37,874 nucleotides of DNA from Chiloscyllium plagiosum (taxonomy: Eukaryota). Positions within the stretch are counted from its first letter, which is position 1. Each line of letters opens with the position of its first letter. This document shows positions 10,621 through 22,979 of this stretch, in pieces. The stretch spans positions 12,200,028 through 12,237,901 of the forward strand of contig NC_057719.1 in the NCBI RefSeq assembly GCF_004010195.1. The letters run 5' to 3'. The position numbers were made by a program, and so were the translations under genes. A model generated the notes under the pieces. It was not told where the DNA came from, searched no databases, and saw nothing but the letters and a program-made list of their open reading frames with translations.

Positions 10621-12955
10621 CTGAGTGGCTTGCTCGTCTATATGAAGGCAGAGGAGATCCAACACGTTGCTGTGATTGAGCATGGTGACTTTTTTAACAA
10701 GTGATAATGATTCATAGTCATTGATAGATTCTTAATTGTAGGTATTTTTATTGAATTCGAATTCTGCCATGGTGGGATTCACTCCTGGGTTTCCAGAATA
10801 TAAACTGAGTTTCTAGATTGATGATTTTTATTGTTTTAAATACACAAGAATGTATACAGAAGAACCAAGTTTGCTATTCTCTCAACCAGCTACTTGTAAG
10901 TAGGACAGGGTTGAACGCAGAAGCGAGAAATGATAAACTTGGCTGATTCTGAATGTACTAGATTTACCTTCACAATAACCTGGAGCTGCCTTCCCAATAG
11001 ATAGAAATGTTGGAATTGTTTAACAAGCATAGTTAGTTGACAGTGATGAGATGGTTGTACAATAAAAATAGCATACAGTCCTCTTTTAGATAGAATCAAG
11101 GTAGATGCTGAATACTTTCCTCAGGTTTGTTTGTATTGTTCATTTCCTCCTTTCTGCCCTTTTCTGTGTCACCATTAAATGCACAGTTTTTGAAATGAAC
11201 CAGAAATGATGTGAATGAAAATGTATATTGAGCAGATAAACTATGTATATACTCTAGAATACTGCAGTTGTTGGAAATTCACAGCATGGATGGTCACTGT
11301 TTATTCAAGATTGAGCGAAACAACAGATTTTAAAATTAGTGTGAAAATCAAGGGTTATGAGACAAAGTGGAATTGAGAATTATCAGATCACATCTCATTG
11401 AATGGTGGTGCAGGCTTGATTGACTGGCCTCTGTCTCCCTCCATGCTATTATGGTCTCAAGGTAGTATTGGTGAGGAGTGAAAGAAGGTAATGGTTAAGG
11501 TAGGTCTTTGGTCAGATGTTCCCATGTTGGAGTGTTTCTGGCACCTTTTGATAAGCTGTGCGTATTCCTAATAATCCCCTTATGAACTTGGTTTTGTGTA
11601 CTTTTTGATGGGCACTAATTGGGTTTGGTTAGTGTCAGTTCTGAAATTGGATGTGTTTTCTGTCCTTAATATCTTAAACAGTATTAATTGGTAAGGATGC
11701 CATTGCCTCACTTCATGATATGAAGAAACTTAGGGGCCCTTAAACTTGGGAGCAGGGATGTTGGCAGTAAATTACATGGATTGAAGAATCACTGGGAATC
11801 TAGTGATTTGAGTGAATCTGTTGGCTTGCTTCTATCAAATGTGCTTTGACATGCTTGTCAGCTGCTTGTGATGAATTGATAAAGCATTAGAATCATCTCT
11901 GAAAAAGACAAGGGGAACATTGAAATGGAGCTAAGCTTAGGATGGGAAAGATGCATGTTACTGTACCTTTTTTAAAACCGTATATGTCATCTTGTGAGTA
12001 AAGGGGACACTTCCCTCTAATGAGGGAAAACTAAAGCTGATTGCAGCTTTAGCTCCTAAGAAGACCACAAAATTAAACTTTGCTCTTTCTTTAGTTAGAC
12101 TTTTCTTGAGCTAAATATAATGCCTTGTCCTCTACTCAGCCTTCATCAGTTTGTTAAACATTACTGTTATAAGAAAGGTATAATTATAGCATACTAACTT
12201 TATGTACAGTTTGTGTTGAAAAATGTGGTGCTGGAAAAGCACAAGTCGGGCAGCATCCTAGGAGCAGGTGAATCTCTGTTTCGGACATCAGCCCTGGAGC
12301 ATGAATATACAGTTTCGCTTGAGTGCAGAACATGAATATTGCTGGCGAGGTACATAACAAGGATTTCATCTAGAATTTATCAAGATAAATTTACCATGTT
12401 TCAAATGATCATAAAGTTTGTTAGTTGATGCTTGTTTGCCGATGTGTTGTCATAACCGGGTGAAGATTGGGTGTCTCGGTTCCGCAATCGCTCAATAAAC
12501 ACTCGTGATCGGTCTGGCCCTTTAACACTCTATTTCTTATGACCAGGCACAGATCGTCCAGAAATAGAGGTTATGCGCTTCTGTGTTCCTCAGAGGAGCT
12601 GCACACATGGCTTAAAATAAAGACATTTTTAGACTTTTCTTAAAGGTGCAGACTATGATCGCATAGTACATTCAGACATTTACCAATCAATACACAATAT
12701 TGCTTTATTTGGCAGGTACTTGATCCAGTGATATTTCCTGGAACCCAACTTTGTTTTCCAATACTCAGGCCACCCTTATCTCACTAACTGAGCCATTGCA
12801 CCTACATTTGAAAGTCAGTTAGGATGGCCAGTAATGTCTTGTCTAGTTATTTCTATGCTGTAAAGGGAGCATTGTCTGCTAATCTCTATTGAAACAGTTA
12901 TGCAGTTAGTCAGTTATGCAGCCATATCAAAATTAAAAGCCATTTTATGCAGCTT

Positions 12956-14056
12956 ATTTTTTTATTCAAATTTCCACCGCCAGGAAGAAAGAAAACAACC
13001 GAGTGGCCAGTGACCAGCAGTGCCCTTCACATCAAAGGGCAATGCTGTGTGATCAAACAGTGAAGGGGAGGGCAGGGATTAAATCAAAATAGAATTGGAA
13101 GGGGAAATAATGCACTCCACTCCCTGTGGCGCCCTCCTCTCCCTGAACAACTAGAGTGTTGGTGGAGACCGCGTGCTCCTTCTCCAAGGGCACCCAGGCT
13201 CTAATGTAACCGCGGAAGAGAGGCAGGCAATCGGCCCGAACGACCCCCTCCACCGCCCGCTACCTGGACCTGTTTATGGCCAGTTTGGCCAGGCCCAGGA
13301 GCAAACCCATGAGGAGGTCTTCAGACCTGCCCTCCCTCCTCCGTACCAGGTGCCTGAAGATCAGGAGTGTGGAACTAAGGTGCAGCCAAAAGCAGAGGAG
13401 GTTTTTGAGAAAATCAAAAAAGAAAATCAAAAACGCCCACACCCAATATACTATGGAGTCCACTGACTCCATAGCGCCACAGAACAAGCAGTTGGGCTGG
13501 GAGTCTGTGAACCACCGCAATCTGCGGTTGCAGGGGACCGCTGCGTGCACCACCCTCCACCCCAGATCCCCGAGAGAAAGGTGGAGGACTCCCGCGTAGA
13601 GAGCCCTCCACTGGGGATCCCCACCACCCAGTGGCAAAAGGGGACCGCCAAGGCGTGTCTGGACGGTGGATGAGGGAGAAGAGGTGGACAGTGTGCAGCA
13701 GCAGTCGATACAGGACCCGCCTTTTTACGTTCTTAAAAGGGACAAAATTAAAATTCTGGAGGCAGCTCAGGTTTTGGGGCACAGGCTCCCATGGGAAGTT
13801 CGGGACTTTGGGGCCAATGTGAAATTCCGTCCGGGCTGGGGTGAGCGTGGACGGGATCCCACCGCACACCTGAGCATCCTCCAACTGGTGCACTACATCG
13901 GTTCCGAGCACCGCCGTTTTAAGGCGTCAGATGGGGGTGGCCACGTACCGGACCTCTACCGCTGCTCTGCTTGCTATGTCCTGTGGCAGGGTCCCGCCCA
14001 GGCCCCTGGCAACCAGCACGTCCCCGACCATGGTCACCCTCGCTGCTACGGACGTC
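12956..14056 (-). mobile_element. Tx1-like (L1 clade) LINE 3' fragment with poly(A) tail and TSD
   Basis: ORF 13260..13637 reads GDLGWRVVHAAVPCN...CLFCGAMES...LLLGLAKLAI (zf-RVT-like C-terminus). AATAAAAAAAA lies on the minus strand at about 12957-12967. TTATGCAGCTT occurs at 12945-12955 and 14057-14067. Confidence 0.8.
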
Positions 14057-14067
14057 TTATGCAGCTT

Positions 14068-14230
14068 TTTTTATTAATCAAATTATAAAAACAGTTTACA
14101 ACAAACAGGTACATTTACAGCTGCATACAAGATACAGCAATTTTACAAGGGAGAGGAGCAGCAAAGCCAGGCCCCAAACCCTACCATTCAAACAGTTTAC
14201 AGGGACATGAGGACAAACCTCATCCCAGTT
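14068..14230 (-). mobile_element. Short 3'-end fragment of a second poly(A)-tailed retroelement
   Basis: AATAAAAAA on the minus strand at its left end. Flanked by TCTTATGCAGCTTTT at 14055-14069 and 14231-14245. No coding signature, so the family is unassigned. Confidence 0.55.
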
Positions 14231-14286
14231 TCTTATGCAGCTTTTAGCAGAATTGTCAATTTGCAGCCTAGAAGCCATTTTGCCAT

Positions 14287-15768
14287 TCAAAGATTGAGAG
14301 AAGATTTGTAGCTCGGGTGCTCGTTGTGGTTCTGTTCGCTGAGCCAGGAATTTGTTGCAGATGTTTCGTCCCCTGTCTAGGTGACATCCTCAGTGCTTGG
14401 GAGCTTCTGTGATCTTTCCTCCAACATTTGTAGTGGTTTGAATCTGCCGCTTCCGGTTGTCAGTTCCAGCTGTCCGTTGCAGTGGCCGGTATATTGGGTA
14501 CAGGTCAATGGGCTTATTGATTGAATCTGAATCTGTGGATGAGTGCCATGCCTCTAGGAATTCCCTGGCTGTTCTGTTTGGCTTGTCCTACAATAGTAGT
14601 GTTGTCCCAGTCGAATTCATGTTGCTTGTCATCTGCGTGTGTGGCTACTAAGGATAGCTGGTCATGTTGTTTTGTGGCTACTTGGTCATGGATGCGGATC
14701 GCTAGCTGTCTTCCTGTTTATCCTATGTAGTGTTTTGTACAGACATGCATGGGATTTGTACACTACATTGGTTTTGCTCATACTGGGTATCGGGTCCTTC
14801 GTCCTGTTGAGTTGTTGTCTGAGAGTGGCTGTTGGTTTGTGTGCTGTTATGAGTCCTAGTGGTCGCAGTAGTCTGGCTGTCAGTTCGGAAATGCTCTTGA
14901 TGTATGGTAGTGTGGCTAGTCCTTTGGGTTGTGGCATGTCCTCGTTCCGTTGTCTTTCCCTTAGGCATCTGTTGATGAAATTGCGCGGGTATCTGTTTTT
15001 GGTGAATACATTGTATAGGTGGTGTTCTTCCTCTTTTTGCAGTTCTGGTGTACTGCGGTGTGTTGTGGCCCTTTTTGAATAGTGTCTGATGCAACTTCTT
15101 GTGTGTGTTGGGGTGGTTGCTTTCGTAGTTCAGGACTTGGTCTGTGTGTGTGGCTTTCCTGTATACTTTTGTGGTGAATTCTCTGTTAGGTGTTCTCTGT
15201 ACCATTACATCTAGGAATGTGAGTTGGTTGTCCTTTTTCTTCCTCTCTCGTGAATCAGATTCCTGTGAGTGTGGCGTTGATGATCCGGTGTGTGTTCTCT
15301 TTGTGTTTTTAATGATTACAAAGGTGTCATCCACATATCTGACCCAGAGTTTGGATTGAATTTGCGGTAAGACTGTTTGTTCTAATCTTTGCCAACACCA
15401 ACTAGCCACGAAATGACACGACCAGCTATCCTTAGTAGCCACACACGCAGATGACAAGCAACATGAATTCGACTGGGACAACACCTACTATTATAGGACA
15501 AGCCAAACAGAACAGCCAGGGAATTCCTAGAGGCATGGCACTCATCCACAGATTCAATCAATAAGCCCATCGACCTGGACCCAATATACCGGCCACTGCA
15601 GTGGACAGCTGGAACTGACAACCGGAAGCGGCAGATTCAAACCACTACAAATGCCGGAGGAAAGATCACAGAAGCGCTTCACAGGAGGCTCCCAAGCACA
15701 GAGGATATCAACTAGACGGGACGAAACGTCTGTAACACAAATTCCCGGCTTGGCGAACAGAACCACAA
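14287..15768. mobile_element. Penelope-like element family B with an inverted terminal arm and 12-bp TSD
   Basis: Minus-strand RT/GIY-YIG remnant (WVRYVDD, FLDV, VYRKATHTDQVLNY) at about 14287-15388, then a plus-strand copy of the 3' end at about 15390-15768. TSD CCATTTTGCCAT at 14275-14286 and 15769-15780. Confidence 0.9.
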
Positions 15769-16074
15769 CCATTTTGCCATATTATTTACACTGAGAATCC
15801 ATTTTATTGCTGCTTAAATTAAGAACATCTGTTAAGCGGTTGTTCCTGACAACTAGTTACTTCAACCTGTATTCAGATTTCAGATCCTCAAGGGCAGGAC
15901 AGGTTCCTTAAGGTTTGAATGTATTATTTCTGTTTGCAAAGAACAGTTGTATATGAAATATATCACTTCTTGCAAGTCTAAATAGACCATGTTATGAAAC
16001 TCCACTGATTATTTCCAGTTGGGAATATTCAGTGTGCTGTTGGCACGCTCAAGGTTATTCTGAAAGTGCTGTCC

Positions 16075-17110
16075 AATTAGTCACACAGCACGTAAACAGG
16101 TCCTTTGGTTCAACTTGTCTATGGCAATCAGGTTTCCCAAACTAAACTAATCCCATTTCCTGTATTTTGGCCATGTCCTACTCCTGTACCTGTTCAGTTT
16201 TTTTAAATGTTGCAACTGTACCTGTGCCTGCCACCACCTCTGGCAATTCATTCCACATACGAACCCATCTCTGTGAAAATGTTGTCCTCCGGTTCCTTTT
16301 TAAGTCTTTTTCCTCTGACCTTTAACCTATGCCCCCTCTTTTTGGATTTCACGACCTGAGGGAAAAGACCTTTGCTATTCACCTTAACTATGGCCCTCAT
16401 GATTTTATAAACCCAAAAGGTCACCCTTCAATCTCCTACTCTCCAGCCCCTCCTTGTAACTCAAACTCACCTAGTCCCAGTAACATCTTTAAATAATTTC
16501 TGTACCTTTTCCAAATTAATTTTCTTTCTATAGAAGGGGGAATAGATTTATATGCTGTAGGCCAAAAGTGGCCCCTCCAATGTCCTGTACAGCCACATCA
16601 TGTGTCTCAACTCCTATACTCAATGGTCTGAGCAATGAAGGCAAGTGTGCCAAACACCACCTCCGCTCTGTCTACATTGTGACACCACTTCCAAGGAGCT
16701 ATGTGCCTGAACCCCTCGGTCTTGCTGCTTGACAGCACTCACCAGTACTCTGCCTTAACTGTGTAAGTCCTGCCCTTATTTATCTAAATTAACTCCATCT
16801 ACCATTCCTCCACAAGCTGACCAAGATCGCATTGTACCCTTAATAACCTTAGTTGATGTCCACTACGCTGCCACCATTTTTGGTGTCATCTGCAAACTTA
16901 CTAACCATGCTTCCTATATTCTAATCCAAATTGTTTATGTAAATGACACAATAGTGGGACCAGCGGAGCAATGCTGGTCACAGACTTCCAGTCTGAAAAG
17001 CAACACTCTACCACAACCCTCTGTCTCCTACCATCAAGCCAATTTTGTATCCAGTTGGCTAGCTTTCCCTGGATCCATGTCATCTAACTTAGCTAAACTT
17101 ACTACCATGA
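16075..17110 (-). mobile_element. CR1 LINE 3' fragment
   Basis: IQGKLANWIQNWLDGRRQRVVVE (ORF 16901..17083), followed by the CR1 3' tail shared with other copies. Confidence 0.85.
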
Positions 17111-17369
17111 TGTTTGCTAGCATAAACTGGTTGAGTATAATCCGAAGGAATGTGCTGTTTGATCTGATTAATGTCAAGTGTACCTGGCATCACATCAATA
17201 TATGCACACCATTGCTCAGCTGTGTGCACTAAGCAGAACATCCTTTGTGATCTGGCAGTAATATGAAATTTTTTTTTTGGTTGTTTCAATTTGCGTTCAT
17301 GCCTTTCTAGGGTAACTTGAGGTGGACCAGGCAGCTTTCAGATCCAAAAGTAGCAGCCTTTTGACCTGT

Positions 17370-17725
17370 AGATTGATTTGATTTATTGTTGTCACATGTA
17401 CTGATAGTGAAAAATTTTGTTTTGTTGTGCTATCCAGTCAAATCAAACCTTAAGTAAGTATATCAGGGTAATAAAGTGCAGAATATTGTGTTGAAGATTC
17501 AGAAAAATTTAACTCTATAATATGAGACGTTCATTCATAACTCTTAACAGTGGGGAAGAAGCTGTTCTTAAATCTGTGGGTATGTGTTTTAAAACTTTTT
17601 TGTATCTTCGGTCTGATGCAACAGGGATGGGAGGGGTCTCTGATTATGTTAGCTGCCTTCCTGAGGCAGAAGGAAGTGTAGCCGGAGTCAGTGGAAGGAA
17701 GGCTGTTTTTATTTTGTGTGTGATG
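17370..17725 (-). mobile_element. Rex1/Babar-like LINE 3' remnant
   Basis: Similar to 2160-2490 (ttattgttgtcac.tgtactga...gaagctgttctt). Confidence 0.5.
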
Positions 17726-19162
17726 GACAGTTTATTCACTCTGCATTGTGCAAAGCCAACAACCTGACCAGGATAGATATTGTCTTTGTAGATAGTTTTA
17801 TGCTCTATTTCAGTTCAAGTTTGCACGTCATTATCAGCAACCTTTCTTCCTACAGTATGAATTATTTTCATCATTAGAAATTTTGCATTCTTACTTTAGG
17901 CCTGATGAGTGTATTTGACCTGAAGGGCTTTGGTTCTTGTGGCAAGTATGATTCTGATTCTGATTTGAAGTAAGTTGATACACTGCGCGTGAGGATTTTA
18001 AGATCACGCCAGTTAATTTAGCCTACATTGAAGAAGCAGAAGGAAAAGTTTTAAAGAGGGAAGTGGAATCTCCCGTCCTGAATGGATGAAGGTTTACTGA
18101 AATACTAACAAAGCTGAGTTAAGCAATACTCTGCTTGTAGCACCACATAGAAGTTGCATTTTTAATTTATAAACATGCTTCCATTGACTTTTTTAAAAAA
18201 AATTCATTCATGGCACTTGTGTGTCTGGGTATTCATCATTAATTGCACTTGAGGTTAGTAGTGAACTGTAGCTCTTTGGATGCAGGTACATACACCCACG
18301 ATGCTTTTAGGTAGGGAGTTTCTTCCAGCGACAGCCAAGGAAAGGCAAAACACTGCCAAGTCAGAATTATGTGCACTTCGGAGTTTGAATTCGTAGTTAA
18401 TGGTGTTCCCATGTATCTGCTATCTTTTGCCTTTCTAGGTGGTATTGGTCCTGGGTTTAGAAGGTAAATGTCAAGGGAGCCTTATGGCTGAAGTGTATCT
18501 TGCAGAAGGTACACGCTGCTACTGCCAAGAGTTTGGAGTACACCCAGAAGTAAGCTGTAATTGTACACTGAATTGAGAAGTTTCAAGACCTGAAATGGAT
18601 CTTCTAAATGTTTTCACAAATTTCTTAAGCTTGCAATAAGTGCAAGAATGTGATGCTTCATAAAATCTGTTCTTTTGTTGATCCACCTCTGGGTACCAGC
18701 TTGTAATACTGGTTGCCTGGGTCTGTCTTTTACCTCATCAGTTGACTGAAGTTCTCCTTCTGAACTATGTTCCTTTCTTGTGCACCAAGCTTGTAAGTTT
18801 TTCTGCTCATGAACTTCTGCTTGACACTAATCACTGTGCATGATCAGAAAGATCCTGAACTTTAATTGGCTTGGTAGTGCATGCACTGGATATGATCAGT
18901 CTCCGATTAGCTGAATGGTGTATGCTAAATTTATGCTATGTTTCTTTAGAAGGTAATGGTCATCTTAAGTGACATTACTTCTACACTCTTGTGATTCATT
19001 CTTTGATCTGCTAGTCATTTTTTTAAATCACCACTTCTGCCATATCAACCTGTTATATTTTGTTATATCAGCTTGTCAATGTTGCTGTTCACTGGCAATA
19101 ATGTGGCACCAATGAAGTCATTTATGTTTGGTTAGTATGAAATGTGAACTCCCAGTGTTTCT

Positions 19163-19700
19163 TAATGGTAAGGTCCTAGGGAGTGTTGCTGAAAAAGAGA
19201 CCTTGGAATTTAGGTTCATAGCTTCTTGAAAGTGGAGTCACAGGTAGATAGGATAGCGAAGGCGGCGTTTGGTATGCTTTCCTTTATTGTCAGAGTATTG
19301 ATGGGGCTGTTTTCCCTGGAGCGTCGGAGGCTGAAGGGTGACCTTTTATAGAGGTTTACAAAATTTGAGAGGCATGGATAGGATAAATAGGCAAAGTCTT
19401 TCTTTTCCCTGGGGTCGGGGAGTCCAGAACTAGAGGGCATAGGTTTAGGGTGAGAGGGGAAAGATATAAGAGACCTAAGGGGCAACCTTTTCACAGAGGG
19501 TGGTATGTGTATGGAATGAGCTGCCAGAGGAAGTGGTGGAGGCTGGTACAATTGCAACATTAAAGAGGCATTTGGATGGGTATAAGAATAGGAAGGGTTT
19601 GGAGGGATATGGGCCGGGTACTGGCAGGTGGGACTAGACTGGGTTGGGATATCTGGACGGGTTGGACCGAAGGGTCTGTTTCCATGCTGTACATCTCTAT
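19163..19700 (+). mobile_element. CR1 LINE 3' end (relatively young)
   Basis: GLFSLERRRLKGDL-like ORF end, then the tail ggttggaccgaagggtctgtttccatgctgtacatctctat. Confidence 0.85.
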
Positions 19701-19899
19701 TGTTAATGTTATAACGCATTAACTGAAGTTACTTTCCTGCGATCAGAGTATTTTTGGTTTTTCCAGAATTACCTTTATTACTGGATTGAATGTTAAAACT
19801 GATTGCAAAGTACCGATGCAAGATACCGCTAAATGCATAAGTTACAAAATATGTGAAACTCAAAAAAAAAAACCCACACAACTAATATACATTGCTTGT

Positions 19900-20095
19900 T
19901 GGAGTCAGTTAGCCCAGTGGATTGGACAGTTAGTTTGTAATTTAGAGTGATGTCAACTGTGTGGGTTCAAGTCCTGTACCAGCTGAGGTTATCATGACCA
20001 GCTTTTCTACTCAACCTCTCTCTCACCTGAGGCATGTGACCCTTAACCTCTTTAATGAGAGAGCAACTGTACGGTCTGGTAAGACGACAGTGACT
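19900..20095 (+). mobile_element. tRNA-derived SINE remnant
   Basis: A-box-like TAGCCCAGTGG (19910-19920) and B-box-like GGTTCAAGTCC (about 19964-19974). No complete cloverleaf. Confidence 0.5.
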
Positions 20096-20465
20096 TTTTT
20101 AAGTTCATGAAACTAAACCAACTTAAAACACAGCTATATCTTTGACTCAAAATTGTGCCTTTTTCACATCTGTAAAATTTTCACTGGCTTGAGCTATAGC
20201 GCTTGTAAAATCATAAACACATGACCTTAAGTTTTATGACAGCCCCGAACAAACAGTTTGTATAATCTGATAGATTAAGTTTTTCCAGGATGTCAAATGT
20301 CTACCTTCTGTACTTGAAATTTATGTAATGTATTGCATTTATTTAGAAAACATTGCACTTGGTTAAAATTGATAGCTTCAAAGCTAGCATGTACTGTTAA
20401 AGCTTGTAATCTATTTGAGTCATTAACTTGTTCATGATGAATTTGAATGTAAATTTTATTAACAG

Positions 20466-20656
20466 GACAGAAAGAGATGCCTCGAATTGGTCCATAGATA
20501 AGCTTAAGTCACTGTTGCTGGCAGTCAGTGTAGGAAATGATGAGGGAGTATGTAAAGTGACAGAGGTGACCAAGATGGATGGTGAAGCTTCAATTAACAA
20601 CAGAAAAGGAAAACTGATTTTCTTCTTTGAGTGGAACATCCACATGTCATGGATAG
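20466..20656 (+). CDS. AHSA1: AHSA1 coding exon 2 (W-TERDASNWSIDKLKSLLLAV...EASINNRKGKLIFFFEWNIHMSWI-G)
   Basis: Acceptor aacag|G, donor G|gtgagt, 191 nt, in frame with exon 1. Contains the Aha1 RKxK motif (NRKGK). Overlaps ORF 20428..20664. Confidence 0.97.
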
Positions 20657-21364
20657 GTGAGTAAAACATAAACCTTTTTTACCTAAGCAATTGATCCCAT
20701 TTACAAAGAGAGTAGTGTGGTAATACAGTTCAGAAAAGTTTTGAGTCTTGCCTGTTAACTAATGTTGTTTGTGGCAGTGATGAGAATATTGCATTACCCT
20801 TTTGAAAGGATAGAAAACAGCCAGCATCCATTTCTTATTCACTCATCAATAACTTGATATTCACACCCATTTCCGTTAAATGAAGACAACTTTATCTATG
20901 GTAATGTGACTCTAGCCATGCCGTCATAATGTCATTAGATGACCAGAATCTATGGAACAGTATCTTGGCAAAAAGCCTTGTGTAGAGGGATGAATGAATG
21001 TATGTTGCAGGCCCATTTCTTCCAGTAAAAACACACGCTATAGGGGACAACTTTAAGCTTGATACTACCCCTACATGTCCAAAACTGAATTGTTTCGTAG
21101 TGCTGGTGCACTGTTTCTTTGATTTTAGTTACTAAATTGTCATAACAAAAATTGTTGCTGTCTTCTAATAGCTAAAATTGCATCAGAGTTTAAAGCTGTT
21201 TATAACCATTGCCACCAAACATGGTATTGCTTATATTGGGGATGGTCCTACATGTGCTAACGTTTGTAAGCTGACCAGTTGGCAGCAAAGGCTGTGATTT
21301 CAGTGCAGTCTGCCTGTGCAAAAGTACTAATGATGTCTGTTGGATAGCATTCAGTAATAAATGA

Positions 21365-21449
21365 CACTGTTGCTGACAGTTTTAGAAAATGAAGAGGGAG
21401 TATGCAAAGTGACAGGTGACCAAGACTGATGATGAAGTTTCAATTAACA
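21365..21449 (+). pseudogene. Decayed partial duplicate of AHSA1 exon 2
   Basis: cactgttgctg..gaaaatgaagagggagtatgcaaagtgacaggtgaccaagactgatgatgaagtttcaattaaca aligns to 20510-20599, with substitutions and small deletions. Confidence 0.85.
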
Positions 21450-21699
21450 GATTACCATTTAGAAACAAGTCCATGAATAGGAAAAGGTGACCAGTTCAGT
21501 TATACAAAATTTCACTAAAGCAAGATGCATGATGTAAGAGGATGGCAAAATGGGTGGCTGGAGAAAATGAATGAGTCAATCTTTGGTGATTTTAACTCCA
21601 TATTCAAATTCAAAGTACAATGGATTTTAAAATTTCTCTTGAAGATGAGGCTTTCCAGTGTAGTTAATTATTCAAAAAAGTGCAGACTGTGGTCTTTTT

Positions 21700-21917
21700 T
21701 TTTTAGATTACTGAGTGTGGAAACAGGCCTTTCGGCCCAACAAGTCCACACCGCCCCGCCGAAGCGCAACCCACCCATACCCCTACATGTACCCCTTACC
21801 TAACACTACGGGCAATTTAGCATGGCCAATTCACCTGACCTGCACATCNNNNNNNNNNNNNNNNGTCTCTGGCGCTGTGAGGCAGCAGTGCTAACCACTG
21901 TGCCACCATGCCGCCCA
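21700..21917 (-). mobile_element. HE1-type shark SINE (gap at 21849-21864)
   Basis: Minus-strand head GGGCGGCATGGTGGCACAGTGGTTAGCACTGCTGCCTCACAGCGCCAG (tRNA-like A box) and a CR1-like tail GGGCCGAAAGGCCTGTTTCCACAC. Confidence 0.8.
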
Positions 21918-22305
21918 ACTATGCCTTGTGGCCTGTATTGCTATTTCTATACCAGGTTTGCAAGTTACACTTCCAGTTTCTCACTGCACTGAAAGTGGCT
22001 TCTGATGTCCATGTTTCTTGTGTATGTAAACAAGATATTTAGCTAATTACCTTCATTATATTGGAGTTTTTGTTTCAAGAAGTATGAAGCTTATACAGTA
22101 CGATACTTTTGAGGAGAAATAGAAATACTTTCAAATTGGCAAAATGGGAGGGTGGTGGTGTTTTCACCTTGATTACATTTATTGGTATCAAATAATTTAA
22201 AAACCTGGTTAAGTTTCCTTCACTTTATTTCCCCTCCCCTCACCTGCTGGACTTGATAGTGATGCAGGTGGATATATCATAAACTAGATTTTTTTTTTAT
22301 TATAG

Positions 22306-22388
22306 GAACTTCAAAAACTGGAATTAAATATAAAGGAACTGTGGAGATACCAAACCTCTCAGATGAAAATGATATTGATGATGTAGAT
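22306..22388 (+). CDS. AHSA1: AHSA1 coding exon 3 (G-TSKTGIKYKGTVEIPNLSDENDIDDVD)
   Basis: Poly-T tract then tatag|GA, donor GAT|gtaagt, 83 nt. Frame is continuous and it carries the conserved EIPNLSDEN motif. Confidence 0.96.
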
Positions 22389-22979
22389 GTAAGTTTTTAT
22401 ATTGTTTGTATGCTGGACTAAATTGAACTGCTCTTCAGAGGAAGCATGAGTCACTGTCAATTGAGCCATTTTTGTTTTGGATCTGCCATTTTTTCTTTAG
22501 TTTGCTTTGCTTAAATAAGAATTGTTCCAGGCTTCTTCCAGTGCTGCTTTTAAAAAAAAAAAGTGACTGTGTCTCCTTTGTACTATTTATTCTTCATCAT
22601 CTAAACAGAGGCTGGGACAGTCAAAATTGGAACCCAAGTTGCAAGTTGAACCTGTGTTGTTCTGTGAAGCAAACTAGAGTGAGAAACTCTTAATTGTTTA
22701 TTTTATTAATAGGTATCTTCTGGGTGCAACCAGTTTTATCATCGTGTAGTTTACATTTAATATGACCTACAAATAACATTCAAGATGTACACCAAAAGAG
22801 ACTGAGATTTGAAATATTAATTAATATTTTGAAAAGGATTTATTTCTGCCCTGCAAGTGTAGCACCAAGCTTGTAGAGGCTGATTGCTGCTTTAATCTTA
22901 CTTTTCATATTTTGTTTCCAATATCAATCGGTTTTAAGTCAATTAATATGTTGATCTGGATAATGTATTTATAGTCTGC

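Noticed and set aside
12205..12300. Additional active hammerhead
   Set aside because: It is a family A terminal-repeat remnant, but the CUGANGA box and cleavage triplet are missing.
14723..15484. 253-aa ORF as a functional reverse transcriptase
   Set aside because: It starts in the inverted arm, crosses the inversion junction and shifts in and out of the RT frame.
19900..19985. tRNA gene
   Set aside because: A- and B-box-like motifs are present, but there is no acceptor stem or cloverleaf, so it is better explained as a SINE head.
20777..20860. C/D box snoRNA starting at GTGATGA in intron 2
   Set aside because: No D box (CTGA) or terminal stem at a suitable distance.
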